A DNA stretch of 32,000 nucleotides from Halorhodospira halophila SL1. GTDB taxonomy: Bacteria; Pseudomonadota; Gammaproteobacteria; Nitrococcales; Halorhodospiraceae. The stretch's first letter is position 1. Each line of letters opens with the position of its first letter. This document shows positions 1 to 8,120 of the stretch, piece by piece. The position numbers were made by a program, and so were the translations under genes. Under the pieces are notes generated by a model. The model was not told the origin of the DNA. It searched no databases and was given only the letters and a program-made list of their open reading frames with translations. The stretch spans positions 2,250,001-2,282,000 of the forward strand of contig NC_008789.1 in assembly GCF_000015585.1 (NCBI RefSeq), written 5' to 3'.

Positions 1-669
1 GACGGCACCCCGGTGCGCGAACTCACCCCGCGCGAGGCGCGGGCCCGGCTGGACACCGACGGCCTGGCCGGCGACGCCCGGCGCCTGCTGCACAGCGCCC
101 ACCAGGCCTGCCTGGGCGGCGTGGCCCGGGTGCACCTGCTCGACCGCAATCAGCACGGCGCCCTGCTCCTGGAGCTCTTCACCCGCGACGGCGTCGGCAC
201 CCTGATCGCCCCGGAGCCGTTCGAGTCCCTGCGCACCGCTGGGGTGGACGACATCCCGGGGATCCTGGGGCTGATCCGCCCGCTGGAGGAGAGCGGCGCG
301 CTGGTCTACCGCCCCCAGGAGCTGCTTGAGGAGCAGATCGGCACCTTCACCGTGGCCGAACGCGACGGCGCCGTGATCGCCACCGGGGCGCTGCTGCCCT
401 GGCCGGCGGAGGACGCCGGGGAGATCGCGTGCCTGGCGGTCGATCCGGACTACCGCGGCGCCGGGCGCGCCGATACGCTGGTCCGGCGCCTGGAGCAGCA
501 GGCCCGCAACCACGGCCTGCGCCGGCTGTTCGTGCTCACCACCCGGGCCGAGCACTGGTTCCGCGAGCGCGGTTTCGAACCCGCCGGCCCCGAGGCCCTG
601 CCGGCGGCCCGCCGGGCCCTCTACGACCAGACCCGGGGCTCGAAGGTCCTGGTCCGGGACATCCCGTAA
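1..669 (+). CDS. argA: N-acetylglutamate synthase (amino-acid N-acetyltransferase), C-terminal part; 5' end lies upstream of the window
   Basis: The frame is open from base 1; the track start at 13 is only the first in-window start codon. The C-terminal GNAT domain (EIACLAVDPDYRGAGRADTL...RRLFVLTTRAEHWFRERGFEP...GSKVLVRDI) matches the pattern of E. coli ArgA (EMACVAVHPDYR...KLFVLTTRSIHWFQERGF...KSKVLMADL). Confidence 0.85.
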   Translation, partial: DGTPVRELTPREARARLDTDGLAGDARRLLHSAHQACLGGVARVHLLDRNQHGALLLELFTRDGVGTLIAPEPFESLRTAGVDDIPGILGLIRPLEESGALVYRPQELLEEQIGTFTVAERDGAVIATGALLPWPAEDAGEIACLAVDPDYRGAGRADTLVRRLEQQARNHGLRRLFVLTTRAEHWFRERGFEPAGPEALPAARRALYDQTRGSKVLVRDIP

Positions 670-699
670 ACCGCCAACACCGAGGAGTTTTGCGGGCTG

Positions 700-1494
700 A
701 TGCGCGCCTATCTCGATCTCGTCCAACACGTCCTGGAGCACGGCCACCGCAAGGAGGACCGCACCGGCACCGGCACGCTGTCGGTCTTCGGCCACCAGAT
801 GCGCTTCGATCTGGAGGCGGGCTTCCCGCTGGTGACCACCAAGCGGGTCTTCTGGCGCGGCGTGGCCGAGGAGCTGCTGTGGTTCATCCGCGGCAGCACC
901 AACGCCCGCGAGCTGGAGGACAAGGGCGTGCGCATCTGGTCGCCGTGGGCCGACCCGGACGGCGAGCTGGGGCCGGTCTACGGCGCCCAGTGGCGCAGCT
1001 GGCGCGCCGCCGACGGCCGCGAGATCGACCAGCTCCAGCAGGTCCTGACCGAACTGCGCCAGCGCCCCGACTCGCGCCGGCACCTGGTCAGCGCCTGGAA
1101 CGTCGGCGAGCTCGAGCGCATGAACCTGCCGCCCTGCCACCTGCTGTTCCAGTTCTACGTGGCCGAGGGGCGTCTGTCCTGCCAGCTCTACCAGCGCAGC
1201 GCCGACCTGTTCCTGGGCGTGCCGTTCAATATCGCCTCCTACAGCCTGCTGACCCACCTGGTAGCCCGCCACGTGGGGCTGGAGGTGGGCGAGTTCATCT
1301 GGACCGGCGGCGACTGCCACCTCTACCTCAACCACCTAGCCCAGGCCCGGGAGCAGCTCAGCCGCGCGCCGCGACCGCTGCCCACCCTGCACATCGACCC
1401 TGGGGTCACCGACCTCTTCGCGGTGCGCTACGAGCACCTGCGCCTGGCGGGCTACGACCCCCACCCCAAGCTGACCGCCCCGGTGGCGGTCTGA
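700..1494 (+). CDS. thyA: Thymidylate synthase
   Basis: 264-aa ORF, the same length as E. coli ThyA, with GAGGAG upstream of the ATG. Hallmark blocks: [19 protein letters not shown] (catalytic Cys), [27 protein letters not shown]. Confidence 0.97.
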   Translation: MRAYLDLVQHVLEHGHRKEDRTGTGTLSVFGHQMRFDLEAGFPLVTTKRVFWRGVAEELLWFIRGSTNARELEDKGVRIWSPWADPDGELGPVYGAQWRSWRAADGREIDQLQQVLTELRQRPDSRRHLVSAWNVGELERMNLPPCHLLFQFYVAEGRLSCQLYQRSADLFLGVPFNIASYSLLTHLVARHVGLEVGEFIWTGGDCHLYLNHLAQAREQLSRAPRPLPTLHIDPGVTDLFAVRYEHLRLAGYDPHPKLTAPVAV

Positions 1495-1510
1495 GCCCCG
1501 CGGAGCCCCT

Positions 1511-2005
1511 ATGAGCGAGATCGTCCTCGTTGCCATCGTCGGCCGCAACGGCGTCATCGGTGCCGACGGTGACCAGCCGTGGCACTTCCGCTGCGACCTG
1601 CAGCGCTTCAAGGCGCTGACCCGCGGCCACCCGGTGATCATGGGCCGGCGCACCCTCGCCGCCATCGGCCGCCCACTGCCCCAGCGCACCAACATCGTCC
1701 TCACCCGCGACCCCGGCTTCCACGCCGACGGCGTGGAGGTGGCCACCGACCCGGAGGCCGCCCTGGCCCGGGCCGCGGAGAGCGCCGGCGGCGAGCGGGT
1801 GATGATCCTCGGCGGCGGGGACGTCTACCGGCTCTTCCTGCCCCGGGCCCACCGCCTGGCGCTCACCGAGGTGGACGACGCCCCGCCCGGCGACACCACC
1901 TTCCCGGCCATCGGCCCGGAGTGGCAGGAGACCGCCCGGGAAGAGGCGGAGGAGGACGGCTACCGCCTGACCTTCCGCACCCTGCTGCGCACCACCGACG
2001 GCTGA
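1511..2005 (+). CDS. folA: Dihydrofolate reductase
   Basis: 164-aa ORF starting 16 nt after thyA. DHFR blocks IVLVAIVGRNGVIGADGDQPW, RFKALTRGHPVIMGRRT and ILGGGDVY are present. thyA-folA adjacency is typical. Confidence 0.93.
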   Translation: MSEIVLVAIVGRNGVIGADGDQPWHFRCDLQRFKALTRGHPVIMGRRTLAAIGRPLPQRTNIVLTRDPGFHADGVEVATDPEAALARAAESAGGERVMILGGGDVYRLFLPRAHRLALTEVDDAPPGDTTFPAIGPEWQETAREEAEEDGYRLTFRTLLRTTDG

Positions 2006-2017
2006 ACCGGAGGCGCC

Positions 2018-2977
2018 GTGTACCAGTACCTCTTCGGTCCTGTCCCCTCCCGCCGGCTGGGCATGTCCCTGGGCGTGGACCTGGTCCCCCACAAGGTCTG
2101 CAGCTTCAACTGCGTCTACTGCGAGTGCGGCAAGACCACCCGGCTGACCGTGGCGCGGGACGCCTACGTGCCGGCCGCCGAGGTGAGCGCGGAGCTGGAG
2201 CACTACCTGGCCCACCACCGCGCCCCGGACTTCTTCACCTTCTCCGGCGCCGGCGAGCCCACCCTCCACAGCCAGCTGGGCGAGATCCTCACCTTCATCC
2301 GCCGTCGCGCCCCCGAGGCGCGCACGGCGGTGATCACCAACGCCAGCCTGCTCGACGACCCGCAGGTGCGCGCCGAGCTGGCCACCGCCGACGTGGTCAT
2401 GCCGTCGCTGGATGCCGCCACCGAGCGGACCTTCCGGCGCCTGGACCGCCCCTCGCCCCGGGTGCGTCTGGCACCGCTGATCGAGGGCCTGGTGGCCTTC
2501 CGCGACGCCTTCGCCGGGCAGATGTGGCTGGAGGTGGTGATCCTGCCCGGCTACAACGACCACCCCGAGGAGCTCGCCGCCCTGCGCGCGGCGCTGGAGC
2601 GCATCCGCGCCGACCGCATCCAGCTGAACACCCTGGACCGCCCGGGCACCGAGGTCGACCTGCAACCGGCCAGCCGCGCGCAGCTGGAGCAGATCGCCGC
2701 CGACTGGGGGCTGGAGAACGCCCACGTGGTGGCCGCCGCCCCGGCGGCCCCCGCCGATGCCGGGTACCGGGCGGATGGCGACGCCGCCCTGCTCGCCACC
2801 CTGGCCCGCCGCCCCTGCACCGCCGACGACCTGGCCCGCCTGCTGGGCCTGCCCGAGGGCGAAGTGGCCGAACGGCTGGCGGCCCTGGAGGCGGCGGGAC
2901 AGATCACCGCTGTGGCGCAGGAGCGCGGGCTCTTCTACCAGGCCACGGACCGCGCCGCCCGGGGCGGTGCGGAGTGA
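2018..2977 (+). CDS. Radical SAM protein with C-terminal winged-helix-like domain (specific function unknown)
   Basis: GTG start 12 nt after the folA stop, with GGAGG 4 nt upstream. CSFNCVYCECG is the CxxxCxxC radical-SAM 4Fe-4S motif and SGAGEPTL is a SAM-binding-like block. The N-terminus GPVPSRRLGMSLGVDL resembles COG0731-type radical SAM proteins (from memory, unverified). The C-terminal segment DDLARLLGLPEGEVAERLAALEAAGQI looks like a wHTH. Confidence 0.85.
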   Translation: MYQYLFGPVPSRRLGMSLGVDLVPHKVCSFNCVYCECGKTTRLTVARDAYVPAAEVSAELEHYLAHHRAPDFFTFSGAGEPTLHSQLGEILTFIRRRAPEARTAVITNASLLDDPQVRAELATADVVMPSLDAATERTFRRLDRPSPRVRLAPLIEGLVAFRDAFAGQMWLEVVILPGYNDHPEELAALRAALERIRADRIQLNTLDRPGTEVDLQPASRAQLEQIAADWGLENAHVVAAAPAAPADAGYRADGDAALLATLARRPCTADDLARLLGLPEGEVAERLAALEAAGQITAVAQERGLFYQATDRAARGGAE

Positions 2978-3281
2978 CGTCAGGGACTTGGGTGACCAAC
3001 GGCGCAGACGGCTTCAACCACCACTGCAAGAGAGCTGCGAAACCTATTGAAAATGTTGCACGACTCCTCACCGGACGTATTGCGCCGGCCCTCGAGCATC
3101 GTGTAAAAGGTGGCGTATCCGCTGGGCCGTTTGACCAGGCTCAACGGAGCCCGTGATGCGGGGGCACTCAAGCATCGCTGGTACCGGCCGATAGCTCGGT
3201 GACGGGCCCGGCAAGCGGAACGGCGGCCCCGGCTGACAAAACGAAAAACAGCAGTACATAAGAAGACGAGGAGCACCCCCT

Positions 3282-4412
3282 ATGAAGAAACAACTGATCA
3301 CCCTGGCGACGGCCACCGCCATGACCGCGCCCGCCGCCGTGCTGGCCGACAGCCACGACAGCCACAGCCCGGAGATCTACGGCCAGGTGCACATGTCGAT
3401 GAACCACATCGACAACGACGACACCGAGGGTGAGGACAGCGCCCTGAACATCTCCTCCAACTCCTCCCGCTTCGGCATCCGCGGCTCCGAGGAGATCCAG
3501 CCGGGGCTCACCGGCATCTACCAGCTGGAGCTCGGCGTCCACTGGGGCGGCCAAGGGTCAGACAAGACCTCTACGACCGGGGATGACTCCATCTGGCGCC
3601 AGGTCCGCGACAGCTACGTCGGCCTTGAGGGCGACTTCGGTACCCTCCGTGCCGGCCGCCTCCCGGCTGCCAACCAGTACATCTACGACGCCAACTTCTT
3701 CATCAACACCATCGGCGATCCCGGCGGGCTGACCGGCTTCGACATTGCTGGGAATGCGGGCATCGGGGGCCGCTACTCCAGTGCGGTGCAGTACACCGCC
3801 CCGATGGTCGGCCCGCTCGGCGCCAGCGTCACCGTCGCCCCGTCGAACAACGGCGCTGACGAGCACTCGATGATCCTGCGCGGCACCTACGAGGAGGGGC
3901 CGTTCTTTGGTGCCGTCAACTACATCAGCAAGCCGGATGCGACGGTCGAAGATCCAGAGGACGATGATATTACGTCGCAGCACGACCTCCAGTTCCTGGT
4001 GCTGAGCGGCGGCTACGAGCAGAACGGGCTGCGGGTGGCCGGCCTCTACGGCCTGGTGCTCGACGACGACGACCTGACGGACGGCGCGCCGGAAATCGAC
4101 GGTGAGGACAGCTTCTTCTCCCTCGGCGCCTCCTTCGACATCACCGCCCAGGGCACGGTCAAGGGTCAGTACACGGCGTACATGGCCGATGAGGGCAGTG
4201 AGGGCGATTCCAACCTGTTCGCCATCGGCTACGACCACGCCCTGTCGGACCGGACCACCGCCTACGCCGTCTATGCGCACATGGACAACGATGAGATGGC
4301 GAGCCGCGGGGTAGACGGTTACGGCCACGGCGGCGGTCCGGACGATCTGGCTGGCCCGAATAACGACGCCGATCCCAACGCCTTCTCGGTGGGCGTGACC
4401 CACAACTTCTAA
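3282..4412 (+). CDS. Outer-membrane general porin (Gram-negative porin superfamily)
   Basis: GAGGAG Shine-Dalgarno. Signal peptide MKKQLITLATATAMTAPAAVLA. Porin-type N-terminal strand YGQVHMSM and the motif SRFGIRGSEE. Alternating beta-strand pattern throughout, with C-terminal ...FSVGVTHNF (terminal Phe). Followed by a strong terminator. Confidence 0.85.
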   Translation: MKKQLITLATATAMTAPAAVLADSHDSHSPEIYGQVHMSMNHIDNDDTEGEDSALNISSNSSRFGIRGSEEIQPGLTGIYQLELGVHWGGQGSDKTSTTGDDSIWRQVRDSYVGLEGDFGTLRAGRLPAANQYIYDANFFINTIGDPGGLTGFDIAGNAGIGGRYSSAVQYTAPMVGPLGASVTVAPSNNGADEHSMILRGTYEEGPFFGAVNYISKPDATVEDPEDDDITSQHDLQFLVLSGGYEQNGLRVAGLYGLVLDDDDLTDGAPEIDGEDSFFSLGASFDITAQGTVKGQYTAYMADEGSEGDSNLFAIGYDHALSDRTTAYAVYAHMDNDEMASRGVDGYGHGGGPDDLAGPNNDADPNAFSVGVTHNF

Positions 4413-4438
4413 AGCGGCCCACACCCGCACAACAAGAA

Positions 4439-4458
4439 GCCCCGGATCCAACCGGGGC
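4439..4458 (-). terminator. Possible terminator hairpin for the convergent minus-strand operon
   Basis: gccccgg-atccaa-ccggggc, a 7-bp GC stem. On the minus strand it is followed by CTTCTTGTTGT, which is only moderately U-rich. It lies downstream of the 4519 stop, after the first hairpin. Confidence 0.4.
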
Positions 4459-4472
4459 CTTGCTTGACTCCA

Positions 4473-4497
4473 GGGCGCCTTCGGGCGCCCTTTTTTT
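4473..4497 (+). terminator. Rho-independent terminator of the porin gene
   Basis: gggcgcc-ttcg-ggcgccc (7-bp GC stem with a GNRA-like tetraloop) followed directly by TTTTTTT. Confidence 0.8.
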
Positions 4498-4518
4498 GTT
4501 CAGGGGGTTGGTAGCCGA

Positions 4519-6534
4519 TCAGTCGAAGTGGCTGCCGGGCCGGGCCTCGACCTCCGGCGGGAGTTCGTAGCCGCGCTCCATGGCGGTGCCGCCGAAACCC
4601 ACCAGGAGCACCGGGCGCAGGCCGCCGTCGCCGCCGGCCACGCGGGCGGCCACCAGCCACGGCCCCCACTGCCCGCCCAGCTCCAGGAAGGGGTAGCGGT
4701 TGGAGCTGCGCCCGCCGGGCAGGCTGAGGTTGACGGCGTCGTCGTCGTCCCAGCGGCTGCGCTCCCAGGCCTGGTTGGCGGTGAGCCAGCCGACGCCCTC
4801 GCCGCCGAGCGGCCGCCACAGGCCGGCCCCGAGGGTCAGCTGCAGGGTGTCCAGGTCCACGTCCTCGCGTTCACCGGTGACCCCCTCCGCTTCATAGCTC
4901 ACGCTGCGCAGCCCCAGCCCGCCGGCGAAGGTCACCGGCAGCCGGTCGGCGAAGTACTGCGCCTGGCCACCGAGCTGGGCGTTGAGTTCACCGTCGCGCT
5001 CCAGCCGGGTGAGTTCGCCGACGCCGTCGGGGCGGTCGCCGTAGGCCACGTTGCCGTCGCTTCCCGGCACGCGGTAGCCGTCGCCGGGTTCCCCGCCAAG
5101 CACGCCCAGGGTCACGCCCCAGCGCCAGCCGTAGTGGTAGGGGCGGCGGTAGCGGGGCTCGGTGTACTGGCGCTGGATGCGCTCGTCCGGGCGCAGCACC
5201 AGCTCATCGACGATATCCTGGTAATCGGGGTCGTCACGGGTGATGCGCACCGTGTACGCCCCGGCCTCGGCGGGGCGGCGGATGGCGCCGGCTTCCTGAT
5301 GGTCGTGACGCACGAGACGGATCAGGCTGTGGCGCCCGTCGGCGCGCAGGTCCAGGTGGCCGTACTGGCGCTCGGTGAGGCGGACCGAGAAGTAGGCCGC
5401 CGGGGTCTGCTCATCCACCCGCACGGTGGCGGTATCGCCCCGGTGCTCAGCGGTCTCCAGGACGCGGACGCGGTACCGCTCGCCGGGGCGCACCGGGACC
5501 CGAGCCGGGGTGACGTAGTCGCGGCCGTCCACCCGCACCACGGCGCCGCTCGGCTCGGTGTGCAGGTAGAGGGCGGCGCGCTCCACCCCGGCCCCGTCGT
5601 CGCGCCGCGGGCTCACCAGGCAGCACAGGTGCGCCGGCAGCCGGGCCGGCTGATCCGGGGCGCCGAGCACTTCGACGCGGACCTCGTCGCCGAGCCCGCG
5701 CAGGCTGCGTCCGGCGGTCCAGCCGCCGTCATCGGTGAGCAGCGTCATGCCGCCGATGCGCAGCTTGAGGTTGGGCTGGGGGCGCAGGGAGTGGCGGTCT
5801 ACGGCGACGAAGCGCACTTCGTCGTCGGCCACCACCGGGATCACTTGAAGCTGCGCGGCGGCCTGCCGGGCCGTCTCCTCGAAGTAGGCGGCGAAGGTGG
5901 TCTCGCCCAGGCGGTGGCTATAGAGCCGCTGGTCGCCGACGCCGGTGCGCGTTACGGTCTGCAGGCCCCGCGCCGCCCGCGCGAAGCGCTGCCCCGGCCG
6001 GTCCTCGGGCACCGCCTCGGTCAGTTCGAACTGCGCCATGGCCGGGGCGTTGCGCCGGGCCTGCGCGCGCAGCTGCGCCATGCGTTGATCCGAGAGGCGG
6101 ACCCGGACGTACCAGCCTCCCGCCACCCGCTGCTCGGCCACCACCCGCGCCCCTTCGAGGGCCACGTGGCTCACCGAGGCGACGGTGGCGGTCAGCTCGA
6201 CCTCGGTGGCACGCTCGACCTCGCCGCCGTCGACCTCACCCCGGCGCTGCAGGCTGCGGAAGACCTCGCGCTGCTCGCCGCGCACCGCGGTGACCACCTC
6301 CCCTGCGATCTCGTAGAGCGCCGACTGCCGGGCCTCCTCGGGGGTCTCGCCGGTGCCGTGGCCGTAGGTGTAGCCGGATTCCGCCTCCGCCCGCCCCTGC
6401 TCGCGCAATTCGGCGGCGTCGGGGTAGCGCTCGCCGAGGAGCGCGCAGCCTCCGCCGCCCAGACCCAGCGCCGCGGCGAGCAGCAGCGCGGCGTGGCGAC
6501 AGCACGGGCTACCCCGCATACGGGCCTCGGTCAC
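4519..6534 (-). CDS. Large lipoprotein of unknown function: LPP20-like N-terminal region, PEGA-like domain, Gly/aromatic-rich C-terminal beta region
   Basis: 671-aa ORF with high GC3. GTG start overlaps the upstream stop (GTGA); an alternative ATG lies at 6519. Lipobox LGLGGGGC. YGHGTGETPEEARQSALYEIAGEVV resembles the LPP20 family. HTEPSGAVVRVDGRDYVTPARVPVRPGERYRVRV resembles PEGA. The last ~200 aa have alternating G/aromatic beta-like segments. Confidence 0.7.
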   Translation of the reverse strand: MTEARMRGSPCCRHAALLLAAALGLGGGGCALLGERYPDAAELREQGRAEAESGYTYGHGTGETPEEARQSALYEIAGEVVTAVRGEQREVFRSLQRRGEVDGGEVERATEVELTATVASVSHVALEGARVVAEQRVAGGWYVRVRLSDQRMAQLRAQARRNAPAMAQFELTEAVPEDRPGQRFARAARGLQTVTRTGVGDQRLYSHRLGETTFAAYFEETARQAAAQLQVIPVVADDEVRFVAVDRHSLRPQPNLKLRIGGMTLLTDDGGWTAGRSLRGLGDEVRVEVLGAPDQPARLPAHLCCLVSPRRDDGAGVERAALYLHTEPSGAVVRVDGRDYVTPARVPVRPGERYRVRVLETAEHRGDTATVRVDEQTPAAYFSVRLTERQYGHLDLRADGRHSLIRLVRHDHQEAGAIRRPAEAGAYTVRITRDDPDYQDIVDELVLRPDERIQRQYTEPRYRRPYHYGWRWGVTLGVLGGEPGDGYRVPGSDGNVAYGDRPDGVGELTRLERDGELNAQLGGQAQYFADRLPVTFAGGLGLRSVSYEAEGVTGEREDVDLDTLQLTLGAGLWRPLGGEGVGWLTANQAWERSRWDDDDAVNLSLPGGRSSNRYPFLELGGQWGPWLVAARVAGGDGGLRPVLLVGFGGTAMERGYELPPEVEARPGSHFD

Positions 6535-6731
6535 TGCTGCTGCATGCGGTCGCGGTGCTCGTCCCGGGCCCGTTCCAGATCCCGCTCGGCCTGCTCCCGC
6601 TCCTCGCGGGTCTCGGCCTCCTCCAGGGCGCGCTCGGCGGCCCGCTCGGCACCGCGTTCCACCCGTTCGGCACAGCCCCCGAGCAGGAAGGCGCCAAGCA
6701 GCGGGATCAGCAGCGTCCAGCCGCGGGGCAT
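6531..6731 (-). CDS. Small (66 aa) lipoprotein with a highly charged Glu/Arg helical tail
   Basis: Signal/lipobox MPRGWTLLIPLLGAFLLGGC, followed by AERVERGAERAAERALEEAETREEREQAERDLERARDEHRDRMQQQ. It starts 12 nt after the upstream gene and overlaps the downstream start by 4 nt, so it is operon-embedded. Confidence 0.6.
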   Translation of the reverse strand: MPRGWTLLIPLLGAFLLGGCAERVERGAERAAERALEEAETREEREQAERDLERARDEHRDRMQQQ

Positions 6732-6743
6732 AACCGACCCTCC

Positions 6744-7337
6744 TTACCGATTGACCCGATTGCGCAGCTGCTCGAGGTGATCCTCGGCGGCGCCGCGCAG
6801 ATCGGAGCGCAGGCCGCCGTCGTCATCGGCACCGATGGCCCGGAAGTAGGCGTCGAAGTCCTGCTCCAGGTCGTACTGGGACATCACCACCCAGCGCCCG
6901 TCGTCGGTGACGTCGGTGCGCTTGACCTGCACCCCGACCAGGGTCTGGTCGATCCACTGCTCGGTGCTCTGCTGGAGCTGCTGCCGGGTTCGCGCCCCCT
7001 CCTCGTCCCGGCCCAGATCCTGACGGTCGAAGTACTCACTGTTGAGCGCCTGGATGGTCTGGGTCAACTGCTCGGCAATCTCGGCGGCGGCATTGGTACG
7101 CGCCTGTCGGCGCATCTGATCCGGGTAGTCCGGCTCGGCCTGGGAGACGCCGAAGCCGTAGACCACCATGGACTCCTCCGGCGTGTCGCGCTGGACGTAC
7201 CAGCCCGGCAGGCCCAGCCGCTCCTCGGCCTCCGCATCGGTGGGGTCGGGGGCGTCGTCGGGGGTGGTGCTGCAGCCGATCAGGGCCAGGGCCGCGGCGG
7301 CCGCCAGCAGCGGCGCAGAGAGACGGTTCAAGGGCAT
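6744..7337 (-). CDS. LPP20/FlgP-family-like lipoprotein
   Basis: GGAGGA Shine-Dalgarno 3 nt upstream of the ATG. Lipobox LALIGCST. LPGWYVQRD...VVYGFGVSQAEPDYPDQMRRQARTNAAAEIAEQLTQTIQAL fits the LPP20 pattern (PxW..., GxG, A...A...i). High GC3. Confidence 0.7.
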   Translation of the reverse strand: MPLNRLSAPLLAAAAALALIGCSTTPDDAPDPTDAEAEERLGLPGWYVQRDTPEESMVVYGFGVSQAEPDYPDQMRRQARTNAAAEIAEQLTQTIQALNSEYFDRQDLGRDEEGARTRQQLQQSTEQWIDQTLVGVQVKRTDVTDDGRWVVMSQYDLEQDFDAYFRAIGADDDGGLRSDLRGAAEDHLEQLRNRVNR

Positions 7338-7430
7338 GGGTCCTCCAGGATCGAAGCCGCGTCGTGGGTGTCCTCCACCGCTTCTACTATAGCCCCTTTC
7401 ACCCCTGCTGCGTACCAGGGTATCCCGGGG

Positions 7431-8120
7431 CTAGAAGATGCGACCGAAGACCATGTGCACGCCGGCGTTGCCCCCGGTATCGGCGTGCAGGCCGACGTAG
7501 CCGGTGCGATCGACCATGACGTCGAGCTGGGTGTAGGCGCCGCTGAGCCGGTCGTGCTCGAAGCCCTCGCGGCGGCCGTCCACGTACTGATCCCCGTCGA
7601 TGACGCTGACGTACCCGCCCACGGTCCAGCGCACCGGGCCGACACGCACCATGGGCCCGAGTCGCGCCTGCAGCTCGGTCCACTCGCGCTCGATCTCGGT
7701 ATCGCCGCGGCTGCCGTCGACGTCGTGCCAGGTGTAGCGGACCTCGCCGAGGAGGCTCACCGGCTCGCGGTGGAACAGGTGGGAGCGCACCCCGGCGCCG
7801 ATGTAGTAGCCGCTGAGGCGGGTGGCATCGGCGACGGGATCACCGGGGTCGTCCACCCGCGAGCGCAGCCAGCCGCCGAAGAGGCCGGGCTGGATCTGCG
7901 GGTTGCCCACTTCGAAGAGCTGGAAGCCGAGGCGACTGGTGCGGTGCTCGACGGTGCGATCCCCGTAGTCGAGGTCGGTCTGGTAGTGCTCGCCGGTCAC
8001 CCGCAGGTCGACGTCGTAGCCGCGCTCGCCCTGATAGCCGTGGCCCATCGCCGGCCCGGCCGCCACCGTCGCCACGGCGGCGATCAGGGCGGCCCGGGCA
8101 CGACGGAGGGGATGGCTCAT
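7431..8120 (-). CDS. Small outer-membrane beta-barrel protein (unknown function)
   Basis: The ATG (8118-8120) shares one base with the rho stop codon (TGATG). Signal peptide ...AAVATVAAGPAMG. Alternating hydrophobic beta pattern and C-terminal ...HMVFGRIF (terminal Phe). Confidence 0.7.
   Translation of the reverse strand: MSHPLRRARAALIAAVATVAAGPAMGHGYQGERGYDVDLRVTGEHYQTDLDYGDRTVEHRTSRLGFQLFEVGNPQIQPGLFGGWLRSRVDDPGDPVADATRLSGYYIGAGVRSHLFHREPVSLLGEVRYTWHDVDGSRGDTEIEREWTELQARLGPMVRVGPVRWTVGGYVSVIDGDQYVDGRREGFEHDRLSGAYTQLDVMVDRTGYVGLHADTGGNAGVHMVFGRIF

Noticed and set aside
2975-2982. Perfect palindrome TGACGTCA (CRE-like) overlapping the radical SAM stop codon.
   Set aside because: An 8-bp palindrome is expected by chance several times in 32 kb, and no associated second site or regulator gene is present.
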